NCBI GenBank assembly: GCA_902530535.1
Contig: CACAAP010000004.1
Span: forward strand, 1-61,993
DNA: 61,993 bases
Reading direction: 5' to 3'
Source of the DNA: an uncultured Candidatus Poseidoniales archaeon
GTDB taxonomy: Archaea > Thermoplasmatota > Poseidoniia > Poseidoniales > Thalassarchaeaceae
In this document: in pieces, positions 38,717 to 48,545 of the stretch
Numbering within the stretch: the stretch's first letter is position 1
Layout: each line of letters opens with the position of its first letter
Notes under the pieces: model-generated
Database searches by the model: none
What the model was told of the DNA's origin: nothing
What the model saw: only the letters and a program-made list of their open reading frames with translations
Program-made: the position numbers and the translations under genes

Positions 38717-41700
38717 ATGCCCAGTGACAACGCGGCCGGGTCGCGCCTGTCCCTTCTACTCGTATCTGTCATGATTCTCCCAAGCTTGTTGGCCATAGTT
38801 TCAACTAACGAGGTATCAGAAGAAATGGAGATAGAGCAATCTTCTAAGGGTTCAATGGAAATTCCAAGCTATATTCCAAATGCTAATGATTCTGATTCAG
38901 ATAGCGACGTATATGGGTGGATTTCGGACAAAGGAAATATTGGGGCTGCACATCTTTTTCATAGAACAGCTACCTACGTCCCTATTCAGGATTGGGAGCA
39001 AAGGACTGGAGAAGGCGTAATTTCAGGATGGCACGTTCTGGGACGCACATATCCGATCCCCTCTGACTGGAAGGCTGAACTGGAAGATATTGGTCTGGAA
39101 TGTAGGACTTTCTTCTCTCCGCAGGGACTTCACTGCAATGTACCAAAGTTGTCTACGGGGGATCTTATGGAAGCAGGAGTGATTGGAGCGTTCAGACTAT
39201 CAGAATCAGACAAGATAGCCCCGGATGCTAAATTAATCCTCCAAGGATTTTCGAATGAAGACGCATTGAAAATTGGAGATAAGTACATCATGCTTCTACT
39301 TCTTTCTGGGACGGAGCACTCGGCAGAACTCATGGAGAGTGGTGTTGAAATTTTAGATATCCGAAGTGGAAGATTCGCTGACGTAGTTGTCGATACAAAG
39401 GAAATCGAAATGCTATCGAAGCAGAACTTCGTAGAATGGATAGAACCGACATACGCTGCTGAGTTAGATAACGAAATGGCATCTGAAATAATCGGAGGGG
39501 ATTGGGTTGCTGATACATCTAACATGATGAGTTTTGGTGGAGCTCTAACAGGGGCGGGCGTGATTGTGGGGGTAATGGATTCTGGACTAGATTCAGCAGT
39601 TGAGTGCACAGGTCATTCTAATTGTGACAGTGTTAACTCTGGCGTCCATGCCGATATTGCAGGTAGGATTGAGGCCGTAAAGAACTACGAAAGCTGTGAC
39701 AGTGTGTGCTCATTCACCGTTTTACAAACCGGAACATACGCAACTAGCACAATAACGGACTCGGATACCCCCTCGGACTACAACGGACATGGAACCCATG
39801 TAGTAGGGTCCATATTGGGAGACGGCACTAATTCCCCTACTGGAGAAGACCATACGGGAATGGCGCCAGAGGCCCGTCTTTTCATGCAATCTGTAGGATA
39901 TGGTTGCAAAGACTCTGACAGTAACAATGACGGAGTAGACGATAAGACGAGTTGCGATGCCTATCTTGACTCCATCACCGCCAATTACGATAGTTTCCTA
40001 TCGGAAGCCTATGATGGAGGAGCCAGGGTCCACTCAAACTCATGGGGAACCGGTCCGCACAAGCAGACTGGTGGTTGTACTGGTTCTGAATGTTGGTCAT
40101 ATTACAGCGCAAACACCCTGGAACTAGATGAAGCTGCCAACGACTATGCCGATATGACCATTCTTTTCGCTATGGGGAACGATGCTAGGGACTGCACATA
40201 CCTATCTCTCTTTCCTGGTTATGGAAACTTTTGCTCGAACGGCCAGGATGGGGAGATAAACTTAGGCGCCCACAATAGGCAGAGTTCTGCAAAGAATATC
40301 ATCTCAGTTGGAGCATCTGAGTCGGAGAGAAATACGCTAGATATGCATAGTTGGACGAATAAGGCTATTTGCAATAATTGTAATTGGTTAGGCGTCCCAA
40401 TTAGAAGTGATCAGTCGGCTGATGATATCGAGGGGATGGCGTTCTTCTCCAATAGAGGTCCCACTAGTGATGGTCGAACGAAACCAGATATAGTTGCACC
40501 AGGAACTATGATTCACTCAACTAAGACCTCTCTGAAGACAACTTCTAGCTATGATACCTGGGATGGGAACTACCATATCAAGTGGGGAACCTCTATGGCG
40601 ACGCCAATCACTGCAGGTTCGGCTGCCTTGCTCATTGAATATCTCAACAACTTCGGCTATGACTGCAATTTGGCAATCAGCTCCTCTAGAGACAATTGTC
40701 CAGATTCCGCTTTAGTTAAGGGCATACTTAGTGCATCGGCTCATGATCTGACGGGACAGTACACAACTGGCGGAACTGGTGGAAATGGGGCAGCTGAGAA
40801 GGCTCCTAACAGCCATGAGGGTTGGGGCAGGGTCGATATGGAGAGGACATTGGGAAGTGGCTTCACGGATGGAATTTACATTTCGACATTCGATAGTCAC
40901 TCATTCAAACTGACAGTCCCAGATACAGGACTGAGCAGCGTAAGAGTCGTACTTTCATGGAACGATCCGGCTAATTCTGCCTCGGCATTACAGCAACTCA
41001 GGAACGATTTAGACATCCAGCTCAAAAGTCCATCTGGAGAATTGATCGATTATCTCAATGACGATATCAATAATCTGGTAGGGATTACAGTGGATAATCC
41101 AGAGGCAGGAGACTGGGAGGTCATCGTTACAGGTTCTCAAGTGATCGATGGATCTCAGAAGTACTTCTTAGCATCCAGTGATGGGGTAATCACAGATATG
41201 AGACAACCTGTATCTAGCGATTACAATGTAGCGGGTTTCCAAGCAGGTTCTATTTTCACTGAGACAAAAATGACGGTTGGGGACGATCACATCTGCTCCA
41301 TATTGGAAGACTCGACCCTGAAGTGCTGGGGCGACAACACATTCGGTCAGCTAGGTGACGGCACGACCATCGACAGGATGTTGTTGACAGATGTAAGCCT
41401 CGATTCATCCAGGACTGCCCTCTCTATTAGCTCTGGTAAAGACCACACTTGCGCGATTCTTGACAATGGCGAATTGCAATGCTGGGGGAGGAACAATCAC
41501 GGACAGCTAGGTGATGAAACAAATACTCACTCCGGTGTTCCTGTCGAGGTTGATCTATCTGAATTCCCTGTACAACTATCTTCAGGAGACTGGCATAGTT
41601 GCGCGATATTGGACGATGCCAGTCTGGAGTGCTGGGGTAGGAATAATCACGGGCAACTAGGAGACGGGACCAACCTTGACAGCAGCAGCCCCGTTCCAGT

Positions 41701-44700
41701 GGATCTCCCTGGGGAGAAATTTTTGGCCGTCTCGGCTGGTGCTGACCACACTTGCGCGATAACCAAAACCTGGGCGTTGATGTGCTGGGGTTCGAATGGG
41801 AATGGGCAACTAGGGATCGGCTCCATTGTTTCCACCAATAGCCCTTCCACAGTAACCGTGGGTGGGAGCGCAGTGGCAGTATCTGCCGGTGGTTCGCATA
41901 CCTGTGTAATCATGGATGGTTCAGTAGGAAGTGGTGGCTTAAAGTGCTGGGGACTGAATGACAACGGACAGCTTGGGGACGGATTGACGAACCAGCAGAA
42001 TGATGCCTCAACGGTAAGCACAATAATTTCAGACGCAGTATCTATTGACTTGGGGAGGCATCACACCTGCGCTATTGACTCCAGCCAATCATTGCACTGC
42101 TGGGGAGGAGGTTCGTCTGGACAAATTGGAGATGGGAGTACTTCAGAACAGGTCGTTTCTCCCACGGAGATATCTCTCGGACAGAACCTAGGGGCATTTT
42201 CAGTTGCCTCTGGGGGTTCTTACACTTGCGTTGTCGGAAGCAACGACCTTCTGAGATGCTGGGGGGGTAATGGTTTCACTTCCACTCTCGACCTGGGCAC
42301 ATCCCCCTCAGAGTTCACAGCGGTTTCAAGATGGAGTTATATTGGTACATCCGAAAGGGACTGGAACGGGAATGGCGAGTTGAACATCTTCGAAGTCGGA
42401 ATAGCCTCTGATTCTGATGGGGATGGCTTTCCCTTCGGGATATCTGATAGTGACGATAACAATCCGACAGTCGCTGCAAACTGTCCCTCGGGAGAGTATG
42501 GCAGATTCACTTGCAGAGAGGCGACTCAGGGGTATTACGTAAGTGGAACTGGAAACACAATAATGACTCCGGCAAGTCCTGGACACTACGTAGACTATAA
42601 CGGCGCATCATCACAAACCCAGTGCCCTGTAGGGAAATTCCAAGAGTTGTCAGGCCAGACTTCCTGCGACGATGCCCTGCCAGGATACTACGTAGCAGAG
42701 CTTGGTGCTTCTTCTGGCACTCCCTGTCCGGCGGGGAAATACAACAACCAATATGGAATGACTTCAGATTTGGCTTGTGAATGGGCGGAAGCAGGTCATA
42801 GCGTACCAGTACTAACTGAGGTATCCTCTGGAGCGGCTCACACTTGCGCTATTCTTGATGATAGTTCAGTTAGCTGCTGGGGGCTGAATGACAACGGACA
42901 GCTGGGGGACGGGACCAGAGTGTCGAGCCTGGAACCGCAAAAGGCCTCAATGCCGCTAGGAAGAGAAGCAGTTGAGATTTCTGCAGGGTCATACCATACC
43001 TGCACCCTGCTTGACGACGGATCAATTCGTTGCTGGGGTTCCAACTCATTCGGTCAGCTAGGTGACGGCACGACCATCGAAAGAACCACCCCGATTACTG
43101 TTAATCTCGGCTCTGGAGTATCTGCAATCGGAGTATCCTCCGGAGAGTCGCATACATGTGCAGTACTCACTGACAACACTGTGAAGTGCTGGGGGCTGAA
43201 TGCTAACGGCCAGATAGGTGATGGGACAACAACCGACCGACATAGCCCTGTACATTCCTCAATTGGGGGGACGGGGGCACTGAAGGTCTCAGCGGGTTCC
43301 TACCACACATGTGCGATAACCGTAGACCGAAATGTGATGTGCTGGGGGGAGAATTGGAACGGACAACTCGGAGACTCCAGCAATGTCGATAGGAACTCGC
43401 CGGTCGAAGTGTCAATCCCGAGCAACAGCAGTGCAGTATCGATTGACTCGGGTGCTTTCCATTCCTGCCTAGGGATGAATGATGGTTCGATGTTCTGTTG
43501 GGGTTATAACGCCCAAGGACAACTGGGCAATGGAGGAACTTCGGACTCCAATAGCCCGCTTCCTTCAGCGTTGAGTTCGAACCAACTTCTGATAGAAATA
43601 GAGGTTGGCCTCTTCCACAGCTGCGGACTTTTCGATTCAGGTGAAGTCGCATGCTGGGGGGATAACAGCTACGGGCAACTCGGTGACGGGACCCAGACTG
43701 CACATTCAACCCCGGAGATTATCATCCTGAGCACCAATGCAACGTCAATCTCAGTTGGCCATAGGCACACCTGTCTGATTTTGGATGATGCCAGCCTGAA
43801 ATGCTGGGGAGCGAATGAATTCGGACAGGTTGGGGATGGTGGGACCACTGATTCCAGCACCCCCCAGCATATCGATCTAGGGCACGGTTCCAAAGAGCAG
43901 GTCCCTTGCGAGAGGGGGACATACCAGCCACTACCTGAGAAGACTACTTGCATTCTAGCATCAAGGGGTTTCATGGTGCCCGATTCGGGCCAGACGGAGC
44001 AGATTGGATGCTCAGCGGGATACTACTCAAGTCTGAAGGGGCAACGTGCTTGCGTTCCAGCTGCCAGGGGATTCTACGTTTCAGAGAGTCAGGCTACATC
44101 GCAGACTCAGTGCCCGGCAGGGCAATCTACGATTAGTGAGGCATCCACATTCTTCGATGACTGCTTCGCAGACTTCGATGGTGATGGGGTTCCCGATCAG
44201 ATAGATGAAGACGACGACAACGATGGAGTCCCGGACCAGGATGACTACGACCCGCTTGATCCGGAAGTCTCCTTCGACTCGGATGGAGATAGGATCCCGG
44301 ACAGTATCGACACCGATGACGACAACGACGGAGTGAACGACACCGAAGATCCGTTCCCAAATGACCAGAACGAGTGGGAGGACTTCGATGGAGACGGAGT
44401 TGGAGATAACTCGGACGATGACGATGACGGCGATGGGAGGCCTGACTCCTTCGACGTTTTCCCGAACGATCCCAACGAGTGGGCTGACGCGGACGGTGAC
44501 GGGTGGGGGAACAACGTAGACCCTGACGACGACAACGACGGCAGGTGCGACGACACCACTTACCACATCACAGATCAATATGGCGCATTGGTGAGCAATA
44601 GTGGGCCTGACCTAAATGGCGATGGTGCTCCTGATTGCCTTACTTCGGCGAAAGGCGACGAGTTCCCCCTGGATGCAAATGAGACCGATGATACTGATGG

Positions 44701-45364
44701 AGATAGCATAGGAAACAACCAGGACACTGATTGCGACGGAGATGGTTGGCTCAATCCAGTACCATGCAACAGCCAAGGGAGCGGAGAAAATGGAACCGAT
44801 GCCTTCCCTCTAGAAGCCGATAAATGGTCCGACTCAGATGGGGACGGATTTGCTGACCAAGGGAGCAACGTGGACGCCTTCCCCGATGATCCAATTGAGT
44901 GGTTGGATACCGATGGCGACAGCGTTGGGAACAATGCCGATGAGTGCCCATACGAGTTTGGCATCAGCTCGCAAGACGAGGACTTCTGGCAGATTCTTGC
45001 TTTGCCCGGAAATGACCTCGGTTGTCCGATTCAGACCCTAATCGGAGAGGAGATAATCGACGACGGAGTAGAGGAAAACGAGGATATCTCATTCGAAGGA
45101 GGGGGCGACTCACTGGACTTTGATGGCGACGGGATTTCCGATGTCGAAGACGATGACGATGACGGTGATGGAATTCCAGATTTGGAGGATGGGGTCCTAG
45201 GTGATGAGAAGTGGTCCAGAGACCCATTCAGGCCCTTCAGTGGTGAGACTTGGGCAATTCTAGCGGTTTCGGTATCTTTCATTGGAGTGATCGCCTACCG
45301 TACTGCTGATTGGAAGAAGAGGGGGGTGGCCAACATCCGCTCAAGAAGGATAAGAATTCAGTGA
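38717..45364 (+). CDS. giant secreted multidomain surface protein: S8 subtilase, two 7-blade RCC1-like propellers, Cys/Tyr-rich modules and thrombospondin-type-3-like Ca-binding repeats, with a C-terminal anchor
   Basis: Signal peptide after MPSDNAAGSR. S8 motifs VGVMDSGLD, NGHGTHVVGS and GTSMATP. 14 copies of CWG-N--GQLGDG. CP-G-Y/GYYV modules. DxDxDGxxDxxD repeats. A TM segment plus a basic tail. Confidence 0.85.
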   Translation: MPSDNAAGSRLSLLLVSVMILPSLLAIVSTNEVSEEMEIEQSSKGSMEIPSYIPNANDSDSDSDVYGWISDKGNIGAAHLFHRTATYVPIQDWEQRTGEGVISGWHVLGRTYPIPSDWKAELEDIGLECRTFFSPQGLHCNVPKLSTGDLMEAGVIGAFRLSESDKIAPDAKLILQGFSNEDALKIGDKYIMLLLLSGTEHSAELMESGVEILDIRSGRFADVVVDTKEIEMLSKQNFVEWIEPTYAAELDNEMASEIIGGDWVADTSNMMSFGGALTGAGVIVGVMDSGLDSAVECTGHSNCDSVNSGVHADIAGRIEAVKNYESCDSVCSFTVLQTGTYATSTITDSDTPSDYNGHGTHVVGSILGDGTNSPTGEDHTGMAPEARLFMQSVGYGCKDSDSNNDGVDDKTSCDAYLDSITANYDSFLSEAYDGGARVHSNSWGTGPHKQTGGCTGSECWSYYSANTLELDEAANDYADMTILFAMGNDARDCTYLSLFPGYGNFCSNGQDGEINLGAHNRQSSAKNIISVGASESERNTLDMHSWTNKAICNNCNWLGVPIRSDQSADDIEGMAFFSNRGPTSDGRTKPDIVAPGTMIHSTKTSLKTTSSYDTWDGNYHIKWGTSMATPITAGSAALLIEYLNNFGYDCNLAISSSRDNCPDSALVKGILSASAHDLTGQYTTGGTGGNGAAEKAPNSHEGWGRVDMERTLGSGFTDGIYISTFDSHSFKLTVPDTGLSSVRVVLSWNDPANSASALQQLRNDLDIQLKSPSGELIDYLNDDINNLVGITVDNPEAGDWEVIVTGSQVIDGSQKYFLASSDGVITDMRQPVSSDYNVAGFQAGSIFTETKMTVGDDHICSILEDSTLKCWGDNTFGQLGDGTTIDRMLLTDVSLDSSRTALSISSGKDHTCAILDNGELQCWGRNNHGQLGDETNTHSGVPVEVDLSEFPVQLSSGDWHSCAILDDASLECWGRNNHGQLGDGTNLDSSSPVPVDLPGEKFLAVSAGADHTCAITKTWALMCWGSNGNGQLGIGSIVSTNSPSTVTVGGSAVAVSAGGSHTCVIMDGSVGSGGLKCWGLNDNGQLGDGLTNQQNDASTVSTIISDAVSIDLGRHHTCAIDSSQSLHCWGGGSSGQIGDGSTSEQVVSPTEISLGQNLGAFSVASGGSYTCVVGSNDLLRCWGGNGFTSTLDLGTSPSEFTAVSRWSYIGTSERDWNGNGELNIFEVGIASDSDGDGFPFGISDSDDNNPTVAANCPSGEYGRFTCREATQGYYVSGTGNTIMTPASPGHYVDYNGASSQTQCPVGKFQELSGQTSCDDALPGYYVAELGASSGTPCPAGKYNNQYGMTSDLACEWAEAGHSVPVLTEVSSGAAHTCAILDDSSVSCWGLNDNGQLGDGTRVSSLEPQKASMPLGREAVEISAGSYHTCTLLDDGSIRCWGSNSFGQLGDGTTIERTTPITVNLGSGVSAIGVSSGESHTCAVLTDNTVKCWGLNANGQIGDGTTTDRHSPVHSSIGGTGALKVSAGSYHTCAITVDRNVMCWGENWNGQLGDSSNVDRNSPVEVSIPSNSSAVSIDSGAFHSCLGMNDGSMFCWGYNAQGQLGNGGTSDSNSPLPSALSSNQLLIEIEVGLFHSCGLFDSGEVACWGDNSYGQLGDGTQTAHSTPEIIILSTNATSISVGHRHTCLILDDASLKCWGANEFGQVGDGGTTDSSTPQHIDLGHGSKEQVPCERGTYQPLPEKTTCILASRGFMVPDSGQTEQIGCSAGYYSSLKGQRACVPAARGFYVSESQATSQTQCPAGQSTISEASTFFDDCFADFDGDGVPDQIDEDDDNDGVPDQDDYDPLDPEVSFDSDGDRIPDSIDTDDDNDGVNDTEDPFPNDQNEWEDFDGDGVGDNSDDDDDGDGRPDSFDVFPNDPNEWADADGDGWGNNVDPDDDNDGRCDDTTYHITDQYGALVSNSGPDLNGDGAPDCLTSAKGDEFPLDANETDDTDGDSIGNNQDTDCDGDGWLNPVPCNSQGSGENGTDAFPLEADKWSDSDGDGFADQGSNVDAFPDDPIEWLDTDGDSVGNNADECPYEFGISSQDEDFWQILALPGNDLGCPIQTLIGEEIIDDGVEENEDISFEGGGDSLDFDGDGISDVEDDDDDGDGIPDLEDGVLGDEKWSRDPFRPFSGETWAILAVSVSFIGVIAYRTADWKKRGVANIRSRRIRIQ

Positions 45365-45449
45365 TGGTGCAGGGAGCAGGATTCGAACCTGCGAAGCACT
45401 ACGCACAGCGACCTGAACGCTGCCCCTTTGACCACTCGGGTACCCCTGC
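45365..45449 (-). tRNA. tRNA-Leu (anticodon CAG), class II with a long variable arm and encoded CCA
   Basis: Hand-folded cloverleaf. Acceptor GCAGGGG/UCCCUGC. Anticodon stem CAGCG/CGCUG with loop UUCAGGU. T arm GCAGG-UUCGAAU-CCUGC. 3' ACCA. Confidence 0.85.
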
Positions 45450-45501
45450 TTAGCGTTCGCCCTGCTAGAAGTAACTTCAATGCAGCGAATGAGTCTTTTT
45501 T

Positions 45502-45586
45502 TGGTGCAGGGGGCAGGATTCGAACCTGCGAAGCACTACGCACTGGGACCTAAACCCAGCCCCTTTGACCGCTCGGGTACCCCTGC
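45502..45586 (-). tRNA. tRNA-Leu (anticodon UAG), class II with encoded CCA
   Basis: Same scaffold as the neighbouring tRNA. Anticodon stem CUGGG/CCCAG with loop UUUAGGU. Confidence 0.85.
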
Positions 45587-45688
45587 TCCGACTCGTGCGA
45601 ATAATTACCCACCAAGAAGGCAGCGCATGAACGCCTCTGCCCCCCATAGGGTCATAACAGGGTCTATGCGCCCCCCAAACTGGCAAAA

Positions 45689-46702
45689 ATGGCACGAATA
45701 GGGGTTCTCGGACTAGGAAACTGGGGGACCGCCCTAGCCCTAGTATGGTGCAAGGACGGACACAACGTGCTAGGCTGGACCGTGGAGCAAGAAGTATACG
45801 AGTCGGTCATGAGCTCGCAGGAGAACGAGAAGTACCTGCCTGGATACAAGATTCCAGGGATGGACTGTACCATGGAGATCACCGATGTTACCGAGTCTTG
45901 TGAGATTCTGGTACTGGCACTCCCCAGCTCCGTGATTCTGGAAGTAGTAGAATTGCTCATCCCAAGCCTCAGACCATCCCATCTCCTTGTCGACCTAGCC
46001 AAGGGTCTTGCACCATCCTCCGAAGGAGGCTCGGGAATGATTTCTGATGCAATAGAGAGGAGGCTGTCTGACGCTGGCATGTCGAATCAGGTCGTTGTCA
46101 TGACGGGGCCAACCATCGCGCCAGAAGTAGCCAGGGGAGTGATAACCAACGCCCTAGTAGCTTGCCATGACACGGTAGTGGCGGAGAGAGTGGCGGAGAG
46201 ACTTTCTACCGATTCTCTGATTCTGACCCCTGCCGGCGATCCTGTAGGAGCGGAACTATGGGGCGCCTACAAGAACTGCGTAGCCCTAGCATGCGGACTC
46301 GTTGACGGCCTCAAAGAAACGATCGGGGGAGACAATCTGAAGGCTGCAATGGTACTTTCGGGCTACAGCGAAGGACTGCGGCTTCTGGGTGAGATGGGGG
46401 CAGACCCGAACACGGCCTTCGGACCTGCAGGAATTGGCGATCTGTACGTCACGGCAACGAGTCCTAGGAGCAGGAACAGAACCCTGGGGGAGATGCTAGG
46501 TTCTGGGAAGAGCCTCGAGGAATCTCTGCAGCAGATGCATATGGTCGCCGAAGGGGTTAGGGCTACCAGGATGTTCCTGAACAGGTCGAAAAGATTGGGT
46601 TATTCAACTCCATTTCTATTCACACTAGGGATGCTTCTAGACGGCGATATCGCAGTAGAGGATGCAGTCAGGAAGATGGCTGGTGCGTATGAGGTCGAAT
46701 GA
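45689..46702 (+). CDS. gpsA: NAD(P)H-dependent sn-glycerol-3-phosphate dehydrogenase
   Basis: MARIGVLGLGNWGTALA Rossmann start. NEKYLPG, the LAKG motif, NVVAL-like KNCVALACG and MVAEGV motifs. Confidence 0.9.
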   Translation: MARIGVLGLGNWGTALALVWCKDGHNVLGWTVEQEVYESVMSSQENEKYLPGYKIPGMDCTMEITDVTESCEILVLALPSSVILEVVELLIPSLRPSHLLVDLAKGLAPSSEGGSGMISDAIERRLSDAGMSNQVVVMTGPTIAPEVARGVITNALVACHDTVVAERVAERLSTDSLILTPAGDPVGAELWGAYKNCVALACGLVDGLKETIGGDNLKAAMVLSGYSEGLRLLGEMGADPNTAFGPAGIGDLYVTATSPRSRNRTLGEMLGSGKSLEESLQQMHMVAEGVRATRMFLNRSKRLGYSTPFLFTLGMLLDGDIAVEDAVRKMAGAYEVE

Positions 46703-46850
46703 TCCGTAACAAAGCTCGTAGCATCACAGGATATGCTGCAACAGTAACCGACTGTCTGACAGTGTTTCTTGGAAAGTGGTGCTTCGAAAATATTTGTATT
46801 TGACGTTGTCTTAAACATCAAATTATATCTTCAGGATATACCAGAAAATA

Positions 46851-47258
46851 ATGAGCAACGTTCATGATGTCAGCCTTAGTGAGAATAAGATAGCCAGAAT
46901 TATTTGGTTTTCAACAGGTATAATTGTGATGTCGGTTGGATTTATTGGAGTCGTAGTCCCAGGATTGCCGACAACCCCTTTGATGATTCTAGCAGCAGCA
47001 TGCTTTGCTAAATCTAGTCAGCGATTCTATGATTGGATAATTAACAACAAGATGTTTGGAAAGCATGTCATAAATTACAGGGAGGGAAAAGGAATTCCAA
47101 AAAAAGTAAAACCAATAATATTGATTACAATGTGGATTTTTGTTATTTTTGCTATATTTGTAGGAATACCGGATGAAATGCTAATACCTAAAATTTCGAC
47201 GTTTGCTTTGGCTCTAGTTGGAACTATATTCATAACCAGTTTACCTAGTATAATTTGA
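46851..47258 (+). CDS. DUF454 (YbaN-like) inner-membrane protein
   Basis: GVVVPGLPTTPLMILAAACFAKSSQRFYDWI hallmark region. 135 aa with 3-4 TM segments. Confidence 0.8.
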   Translation: MSNVHDVSLSENKIARIIWFSTGIIVMSVGFIGVVVPGLPTTPLMILAAACFAKSSQRFYDWIINNKMFGKHVINYREGKGIPKKVKPIILITMWIFVIFAIFVGIPDEMLIPKISTFALALVGTIFITSLPSII

Positions 47259-48321
47259 TTCGAAAGCTCTGTTTGACGAGATCTGATAGACCCTTAATCC
47301 AACTTGACCTGTCATTAAGACACTCAACCACACTGAAGCGTTGACCTCCATGTTTTAGGTAGTGTTCACGGGCCTCGATATTTAGTTCCTCCAGAGTCTC
47401 TAAGCCGTCGACAAGAAATGCAGGAGAGACAACAACAACATTGGATTCTCTTTTTGCTAGATCTTCAACAACGGAAAGGGTGGATGGTTCGAGCCACTTA
47501 GCAGGACCGAATCTGCTCTGGTAAGATATGGACCAAGAGTCATCAAGAAGTCCTAACTCTTTTACTACTGCCTTTACAGTCATATTACAATGATGAGCAT
47601 AGCACATCGAGTTTGCATCTTTGGAAATCATACAGCATCCGTCTATTTTTTGGCAATGAATTCCTGATTTATCTGACCTCTTTACTTGGGATATTGGAAG
47701 CCCATGAAATGAAAATAGTAGGTGACTGTCGTCTTGAAGATGGGGCCTAATTGATTCAACAAGCGGGCCTATGAAGGCTGGATCATCTTCAAAATGTCCT
47801 AACTCAAAAATATCAGGTCTCCATCTTAGTTTGTCAAGTTGTCGAAAGGCCTCTTTCATAGAAGACTCAGTTGTAGCTTGGGCATGATGTGGGAATAATG
47901 GGGCCAGCACCAGTTCATCAACCCCCTTTGACTTGAGGATTTTTAGGCCCTTTGCAATGCTAGGATTACCATATCTCATCCCCACTTGACACTCAATATT
48001 GACCAATTCTGATTGTAATTTTTCAGCCATTCTATTAGTATAAATCCGTAGAGGGGAGTCGCCTTCCTTCCATATGCTGGCATATCTAGGCGCAATTTTC
48101 TTCGGCCTAACGTTTAGGATGATTCCCTTAACAAGTATGTATCTAAGTATAGCAGGGATATCAATAACATCTGGATCCATCAAGAACTCTGCCAGATATT
48201 TTCTAACCGATGGTACGGTTGCTTCATCTGGAGTGCCGATATTCATTAGTAGCACTCCCCTTTTTGTCACAATTTGACGAGTTAGATTGGTTATTAATTG
48301 GTATGTATCGGAATCTCTCAC
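47245..48321 (-). CDS. hemH: ferrochelatase
   Basis: GVLLMNIGTPD, YLAEFLMDPDVIDIP, SFHGLP and SPAFLVDGLETLEE motifs. Confidence 0.85.
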   Translation of the reverse strand: MRDSDTYQLITNLTRQIVTKRGVLLMNIGTPDEATVPSVRKYLAEFLMDPDVIDIPAILRYILVKGIILNVRPKKIAPRYASIWKEGDSPLRIYTNRMAEKLQSELVNIECQVGMRYGNPSIAKGLKILKSKGVDELVLAPLFPHHAQATTESSMKEAFRQLDKLRWRPDIFELGHFEDDPAFIGPLVESIRPHLQDDSHLLFSFHGLPISQVKRSDKSGIHCQKIDGCCMISKDANSMCYAHHCNMTVKAVVKELGLLDDSWSISYQSRFGPAKWLEPSTLSVVEDLAKRESNVVVVSPAFLVDGLETLEELNIEAREHYLKHGGQRFSVVECLNDRSSWIKGLSDLVKQSFRIKLY

Positions 48322-48398
48322 AATATTTGAAAACTAACATCGGACTGAATTCTTCCCCATTTATTTCGTTATCGGAGATTATGCTCAGAGGGTAGCGT

Positions 48399-48538
48399 GT
48401 GAGCGGTATAGCAGTCAGTCGGTATCTGTGATGCTCATTGTGGTCAGAGGGTTTGCCCTAGCAACCCATTGAGATTAGGTTATGATCAGAGGGGTGGTTA
48501 CTTGATCCCTGTGATTCCTATACTGGTCAGAGGGATCT
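48399..48538. repeat. left inverted-repeat arm
   Basis: Matches the reverse complement of 50011-50150 (101 of the first 120 positions by hand count). Carries TCAGAGGG cores at 48384, 48443, 48485 and 48526. Confidence 0.8.
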
Positions 48539-48545
48539 CTCTAAA

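Noticed and set aside
44081-45282. Several 60-165-aa ORFs antisense or out of frame within the TSP3-like repeat region
   Set aside because: They are artefacts of the GAY/GGN-rich periodic coding sequence of the giant gene. Their translations are low-complexity (V/R/S/P-rich), and they are fully nested in a well-supported long ORF.
45358-45701. ORFs 45358-45543, 45477-45695 and 45480-45701
   Set aside because: They overlap the two tRNA-Leu genes and their spacer, and their translations are mirror images of the tRNA sequence.
48381-48540. Possible mini-CRISPR array, because TCAGAGGG-containing units recur every ~41-59 nt
   Set aside because: The conserved core is only about 8-15 nt, the spacing is irregular, and there are only four units. 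The whole block is instead one arm of a long inverted repeat whose partner lies at 50011-50150. No cas genes are present in the window.
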